Program-made: the position numbers and the translations under genes
Assembly: GCA_044070495.1 (NCBI GenBank)
Contig: JBIPSI010000031.1
Location: 1-60,748 of the forward strand
Length of the DNA: 60,748 nucleotides
Direction of reading: 5' to 3'
Source: Spirulina sp.
Lineage (GTDB): Bacteria > Cyanobacteriota > Cyanobacteriia > Phormidesmidales > Phormidesmidaceae
The notes under the pieces: generated by a model
The model's input: the letters and a program-made list of their open reading frames with translations, nothing else
What the model was told of the DNA's origin: nothing
Database searches by the model: none
Part shown: positions 57,278 to 60,748 of the stretch, piece after piece
How the letters are laid out: each line of letters opens with the position of its first letter
Position numbering within the stretch: the first letter of the stretch is position 1

Positions 57278-59431
57278 ATGGAGTATTGGGAATTTCTACT
57301 GCAACAGGAGGGGGATAACCATTGGTTGCCCCTGGATACGGCGCAGATGGAAATTTTGGAGGGCCGCTATCGGATCATGGCCCACACCAGCGAGGCCCAT
57401 ACTCCGGTGCGGGTGCAGGTGAGTCAGCGGTTGCTGGATCAAGACCCGCCCAAACGGCGTAGCTTTAAGCGCCAGGGCCAGACCAATGCCGATGGCCTGA
57501 TGGTGGTGATTCCCTTCACGCGGCTCCAGGCGGGCACTTGGGATATTCGCTGTTCCAGTGTGCCCAACGCTGCGAATTCCTCGGAACCAGCCACCGCTGA
57601 CGAATCTGCGGCTCCCTCCCCTGGGCCAGATTGGGCCTATAGCGTTCAGCTCCAGGTGTTGCCGCCGGGGGTGGGGGATGACGAGGTGTGGACGCTGCCC
57701 CCGGAGGATTCCCCTGTCGCCGCCCCAGTTTCGATGGCCAGTGCGCCGCCTGCGGCCCCTCGTCCCGCTCGGCCCAACCTTGACCTAGAGCGTACCGCCG
57801 CCGCCCTCGACGAAGCCCAGTCTGATCTCGCCACTGGGGACGCGATTCAAGGCTGGCTGCACCGTATTCACCTCACCCAAACAGCGCTGGTGGGCCAGGA
57901 GGGAGCCGAAGTTGACCTGACGGGCCATATCACGGGCAACCGGGCGGGGGAATCTGCGGCGGGGATGGCGCTGGTGGTGCGGCTGGTGGATCCGCAAACG
58001 GCAACGGCGGTGGCCCTCGTGCCCTTTGCCCTAGAATCGGCTACCCTGCCAGCGGATATGCACCTGGCGCTGACCGTGCCGCCCAACTTAGAAACGCGGC
58101 TGCTGCTGGGGGAACTAGCCCTGGTGCAGACGACGGGTACGGCAGTTTCGGTGCTGGCCCTGCAACGGTTCACCCTAACGGTGGATCTGGCGGCCCTGTT
58201 CGATACCATCGCCAACCAAGCCGAGGCCGAAACCGACTATATTCTTGATTTTGCCGGGGGCAGTGGGGCGGGTCAAAACGTTTCCGGCGAACCCAGGGAG
58301 GAGATTACCCCCAGCCGTCCGCTGGATCTCCCCCAGGGGCCACCCCGGTCGATGCCCGTGTTCACCCTGCCCCGCGATGGGTTCAACCTGCCGCCCAAGA
58401 TCTACGAGCCTTCCCCCCACGAGGCTAGCGCCAAACAGCCCACTCTGCCGCCCTTTGGAGCCACTCCCCGCCGACCCAAGGCCCCGACTCAGTCTGGCCT
58501 AGGTGCAGATCCGGCATCGTCGTCGGATTCAGAATCGTCTCCGGTGCCGGAAGATCCCGCCCTTGAAAGGGAGGATTTCCCGGAGGCCCTAGCCCAGACG
58601 TCGCCCCCTGCAGCACCGACGGAGGATCCCCAGCCCAGCCCCCCGTCTGAATCTACGACGACCCCCCAGGATGCTCGGCCTGCCCTCAGTTTGCCGCCCT
58701 TGGCCCCACCGCCTGCGGCCAACCCAACCCCAAAACCATCCCAGGAAAAGCCTGCGACACCGTTGCTACCCTCCCATGAGGCAGCCGGTTTTCGGGATCT
58801 GAAGCTGCAAGATCGATTTTGGTCGCGCCTGAATGAAATGGCGGTGTCGATTCAGCAGGAATCCATACAGCGGCGCAGCACCCAGGACACCAACGTCCAT
58901 CGTGCCGCCACGAACGCCACCGACGATGCCCTAGCGGCTTCAGCGGAGCCAGAACCCTTTGCCGGGGAAGTGGTGATCTACGAAGACGAGGATGAGACCC
59001 TGGCGAATCGGGTATCGCCTACGGTGGCCGGAGCCTCGGCGGGAAGCGACGGAGAAACGGAGGAACCGATTGCGCCCCCGGTGCCGGAGGTGGAGGTACC
59101 CAGTGGCGATTTGGTGGCCGGAGAACCCGTGTTGGTGACTCTGCGGGTGCCCTTCCATCCCAATCGGCTGTACCTCAAGGTTTGGATTACCGATCCCCAA
59201 ACCCGCAGCCTGGTGGATGAGCCGCGTCAGGTGATGAATTTGCGCCCCAACGGCCATGGCCAACTAGAGGGAACCCTACAGATGACGGCCCCCCTAGGCT
59301 GCCTAGAGGCGGAGTTTGAAGCCATTGCCGTAGACATGATCACCCAGCAGGAAAGCTACAAGGCCACCGTCAGCCGATCCATCGTGCCCGCTGGGCTGGA
59401 TGACTCATCCCTAGAAGAGTTTGATCTTTAG
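57278..59431 (+). CDS. Conserved cyanobacterial hypothetical protein with Pro-rich linkers
   Basis: MEYWEFLLQ.EGD..WLPL.....EILEGRYR; F..L.LQDRFWSRLN; KVWI.D.QTRSL.D.PR; QESYK. Confidence 0.85.
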   Translation: MEYWEFLLQQEGDNHWLPLDTAQMEILEGRYRIMAHTSEAHTPVRVQVSQRLLDQDPPKRRSFKRQGQTNADGLMVVIPFTRLQAGTWDIRCSSVPNAANSSEPATADESAAPSPGPDWAYSVQLQVLPPGVGDDEVWTLPPEDSPVAAPVSMASAPPAAPRPARPNLDLERTAAALDEAQSDLATGDAIQGWLHRIHLTQTALVGQEGAEVDLTGHITGNRAGESAAGMALVVRLVDPQTATAVALVPFALESATLPADMHLALTVPPNLETRLLLGELALVQTTGTAVSVLALQRFTLTVDLAALFDTIANQAEAETDYILDFAGGSGAGQNVSGEPREEITPSRPLDLPQGPPRSMPVFTLPRDGFNLPPKIYEPSPHEASAKQPTLPPFGATPRRPKAPTQSGLGADPASSSDSESSPVPEDPALEREDFPEALAQTSPPAAPTEDPQPSPPSESTTTPQDARPALSLPPLAPPPAANPTPKPSQEKPATPLLPSHEAAGFRDLKLQDRFWSRLNEMAVSIQQESIQRRSTQDTNVHRAATNATDDALAASAEPEPFAGEVVIYEDEDETLANRVSPTVAGASAGSDGETEEPIAPPVPEVEVPSGDLVAGEPVLVTLRVPFHPNRLYLKVWITDPQTRSLVDEPRQVMNLRPNGHGQLEGTLQMTAPLGCLEAEFEAIAVDMITQQESYKATVSRSIVPAGLDDSSLEEFDL

Positions 59432-59479
59432 GGGGTGGGGTGGCCCGTCGCCTAGACTGGTCACCCGTTGAGGATGGCG

Positions 59480-59773
59480 CTACGAGTCGCCATCCAGAAT
59501 TTTTGGCACCTTGAAGAAGTCCTCTTCTCGGTCGGGGGCGCAGCTTAGCATGGTTTCGCGGTCGCCAAAGGGTTCCAGCGCATCGGGACGGGTGATGTTG
59601 TGGAGTTCGATGGCGCGGGTGGTGGGTTCTACATCGGCGGTATCGAGTTCGCTGAGCTGCTCCACGTATTCCAAAATGCGGCTGAGCTGCCCAGTAAACT
59701 GCTGTTCTTCCTCGGGGGAAAGCTCTAGCCGAGCCAGCAGCGCAACTTTCTGAACCTGTTCGAGATCAATCAT
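59480..59773 (-). CDS. gatC: Asp-tRNA(Asn)/Glu-tRNA(Gln) amidotransferase subunit C
   Basis: [40 protein letters not shown]. Confidence 0.96.
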   Translation of the reverse strand: MIDLEQVQKVALLARLELSPEEEQQFTGQLSRILEYVEQLSELDTADVEPTTRAIELHNITRPDALEPFGDRETMLSCAPDREEDFFKVPKILDGDS

Positions 59774-59920
59774 GGCGTTGGCATCACAAATATCGATAAC
59801 GTAGGGTGGGCACTGCCCACCATCAGAGCCTTGGTCCTCACCCCCAACCCTTGGCCCTCACCCCCAGCCCCTCTCCCACGGGGAGAGGGGGGCCAGAATA
59901 GGGGGATGAGGTTGACGGAC

Positions 59921-60442
59921 TTAGAAGAAAATGTCGTTCTTTAGGCGTCCGGTGTTTTTCATCCAGTTTTGGGCTTCGATGTAGTTGTTGGGGGCGATGG
60001 TGATGGCCTCCAGCCAGTAGCGGGCCGCTTCATCGAAGTAGGTTTCGGCGGAGTCGTTGTCTCCGGCGGCTTCGGCCTGTTCGCCCTTGTAGTGGTAGAT
60101 CACCGCCATGTTGTTGAGGGCTTGGCACATGCGGGGGTTGAGGTCGATGGCTTCCTGGTACTTTTCCAGGGCAATCTCATGTTCGCCGTTGCTGGCGTGG
60201 ATCAGGCCCATGTTGTAGAGAATGAAGCTGCGGTCGTAGGGGTCTTCTTCCAGGGTGAGGGCTTCGCGGTAGTTTTCCATGGCTTCGGCATACTCGCCAT
60301 CGGCCTGGGCCGACATGCCATCGCGATAGTAGGCAAAGGCTTCCTTCTCGCTCTTTTTGGCAGGCATCATCTTGAGAATCATGTCCGCCATCACCGTAAA
60401 GGACTTATCGATGAAGTTGTCGTTACGTTGGGTTCTGGGCAT
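59921..60442 (-). CDS. ycf3: Photosystem I assembly protein Ycf3
   Basis: [48 protein letters not shown]. Confidence 0.98.
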   Translation of the reverse strand: MPRTQRNDNFIDKSFTVMADMILKMMPAKKSEKEAFAYYRDGMSAQADGEYAEAMENYREALTLEEDPYDRSFILYNMGLIHASNGEHEIALEKYQEAIDLNPRMCQALNNMAVIYHYKGEQAEAAGDNDSAETYFDEAARYWLEAITIAPNNYIEAQNWMKNTGRLKNDIFF

Positions 60443-60577
60443 AGATGACGTCCACCAATGAAAATCAGGAGAACAAAGGGACAGGAAGCAATTGTTCTTT
60501 AGATTAGCCTATCAAAGGGTCGATAGGCTGGCCTAGGCGAATCTTGGCAGGTGGTTCTAGCTTCCTTCTCCTGGGAG

Positions 60578-60744
60578 GCTACTAAGTACACATAAGTCCT
60601 TAACGTAGACGATACAGGGAATCGATCCCCCCTAGCCCCCCTTAAAAAGGGGGGAACCGGAGTCAAAGTCCCCCTTTTTAAGGGGGATTTAGGGGGATCT
60701 CCAAGGACTTGCGACATGAAAGCAAGATGTGTGTACTTAGTAGC
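60578..60744. mobile_element. 167-bp MITE-like element: perfect 15-bp TIRs around a CCCCCTT...AAGGGGG double-hairpin core
   Basis: GCTACTAAGTACACA (60578-60592) / TGTGTACTTAGTAGC (60730-60744); core at about 60625-60700. Confidence 0.75.
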
Positions 60745-60748
60745 TCCT

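Noticed and set aside
60499..60717. 72-aa ORF with PPKSPLKRG
   Set aside because: Translation of the dispersed palindromic repeat element

Overview
This is a GC-rich cyanobacterial chromosome segment. ycf3, pxcA, gifB, hpsA-D and a cyanobacterial tmRNA tag establish this; a filamentous Leptolyngbya/Nodosilinea-like organism is my inference. It holds about 49 supportable CDS, mostly housekeeping or conserved cyanobacterial genes: dps, moeA, rplU-rpmA, pxcA, a ferredoxin, a GST, purB, aroB, gatC and ycf3. It also holds ssrA (tmRNA), a glutamine riboswitch plus NtcA box ahead of gifB, a four-gene hps minor-pilin operon divergent from a MASE1-PAS-GAF-GGDEF-EAL gene, and two Uma2 nucleases. I saw no transposase, integrase, prophage, CRISPR array, rRNA or tRNA. 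Most noteworthy: (1) a 1398-aa membrane-anchored acidic protein with about 33 tandem 15-aa DDGGFDLDLG repeats (FimV/HubP-like) behind a SigJ-type promoter motif; (2) apparent absence of the usual cyanobacterial HIP1 (GCGATCGC) with repeated CCCTAGGG palindromes and TAG as the main stop codon; (3) several small composite intergenic elements in which distinct terminal inverted repeats enclose REP-like hairpin cores, plus a 66-bp element with a compensatory base change between its two copies; (4) a C10 tract at the 5' end of a minor pilin gene. All product calls come from motif recognition by eye; no database searches were run.
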